This document shows, piece after piece, positions 63,194 through 64,000 of a stretch of DNA of 64,000 nucleotides (within the stretch, counting starts at the first letter, position 1; every line of letters begins with the position of its first letter). Under the pieces are notes generated by a model. The model was not told the origin of the DNA. It made no database searches and saw only the letters and a list, made by a program, of their open reading frames with translations. The stretch is from an uncultured Bacilli bacterium (GTDB lineage: Bacteria > Bacillota_I > Bacilli_A > RFN20 > CAG-449). The stretch covers positions 1,763-65,762 of the forward strand of contig CANQTY010000003.1 in assembly GCA_947626895.1 (NCBI GenBank). The letters are read 5' to 3'. The translations under genes were made by a program, and so were the position numbers.

Positions 63194-63507
63194 AACTAAT
63201 TTTATTTTTATGTTATAAAATGGCTAATTTTAGGCATTTTATAATGCTTTTCTTTATTATATTTTTTAAAAATATTTTTAAAAATTAAGTTAAGCTAGAT
63301 CTTTTTATTTAATCAATTTATTAAATCTTTTTGTTTTACAAAAAAATTTTTTCAAATTTTTTGACAAATTTTCTTTTGAATTCTCTATCTATATATATGA
63401 GAGACCTATAAAGTAAGAACTTATGAATAAGTTCATGGTTACTTCTTTATAGGTTTTTTGTTTTAATCATTTATTTTGCAGTGTAGCAAGGAAAGGAGCA
63501 AATAGCC

Positions 63508-64000
63508 ATGAGTATTAAAACACAAACTATACCTCAAGAAGTACAAGAAGTAATTGATGATCTTAAAAAGAAAGGGGTTAAGTTCATCAAATGTAGTGAA
63601 GAAGAAGCTATTCAATATCTCCAAGTAAGAGATAATAGTGAACTTATTCCACTTTATGTTAGTAACTTTGATAAGGATGATAGTGATACAACATCTAATG
63701 AATTAATTGATGTTGATTTTGCTTATCTAATCGATTTATATGAAATTGATGACGAAGTTAAGACAGTGGTATTTCGAATGATTAATCAAATCGAGCGATT
63801 CTTAAGAGCAAGGGTTAAACAAACTTTTAATCAGTTAGATGAAAGTTTTGGAATCAAAATCTCAAACGAATTTCTATCTCTTGATTATGATGGTGAGCAA
63901 GAGAATGACACTTCAGATACAAGTGAAGAACCAAAAAGGAGAATCCATCAAAATATCATCAGCAGGAAAAACGATAAGAATGTTAAGGTTATTCTTTCGA
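63508..64000 (+). CDS. Abi_2 family abortive-infection protein, 3'-truncated by window end
   Basis: N-terminus IPQEVQEVIDDLKKKGVKF...EEEAIQYLQ parallels the Abi_2 N-terminus of CDS 39915-40949. GGAG RBS. Confidence 0.6.
   Translation, partial: MSIKTQTIPQEVQEVIDDLKKKGVKFIKCSEEEAIQYLQVRDNSELIPLYVSNFDKDDSDTTSNELIDVDFAYLIDLYEIDDEVKTVVFRMINQIERFLRARVKQTFNQLDESFGIKISNEFLSLDYDGEQENDTSDTSEEPKRRIHQNIISRKNDKNVKVILS

Overview
The window is AT-rich, low-GC Bacillota-type chromosomal DNA using the standard genetic code (TGA is a stop). The left ~30 kb is core genome near the replication origin. It contains a 5'-truncated FGGY sugar kinase, DegV, HAD and SDR genes, groES-groEL behind a degenerate CIRCE, a UPF0104/GT4 glycolipid gene pair, recX, yhaM, HIT, two lipoproteins, two tiny Cys-rich YjcZ-like peptides that the ORF track missed, sufC-D-S-U-B, mnmG, rsmG and parA/parB-like. 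The right half is accessory. It has three intact paralogous AAA_14/DUF4143 ATPase genes and one decayed copy, each behind its own operator-like repeats. It has a small defense-type island (AlbA_2 DNA-binding protein, AAA_14 pseudogene, Abi_2 abortive-infection gene, hypothetical) next to a tRNA-Leu(CAA). The standout is a 15.66-kb gene for a 5219-aa secreted, C-terminally anchored protein built almost entirely of ~30-aa Cys/His modules (H-x3-C-x2-C-x6-9-H). A G10 tract sits in its promoter spacer, suggesting phase variation. Its stop overlaps (ATGA) the start of a membrane protein that carries a near-perfect 672-bp tandem duplication. It lies directly downstream of feoA-feoA-feoB and an unannotated FeoB-associated Cys-rich peptide gene. 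A second Abi_2 gene begins at the right edge. All plus-strand ORFs inside the giant gene are antisense shadows and are rejected.
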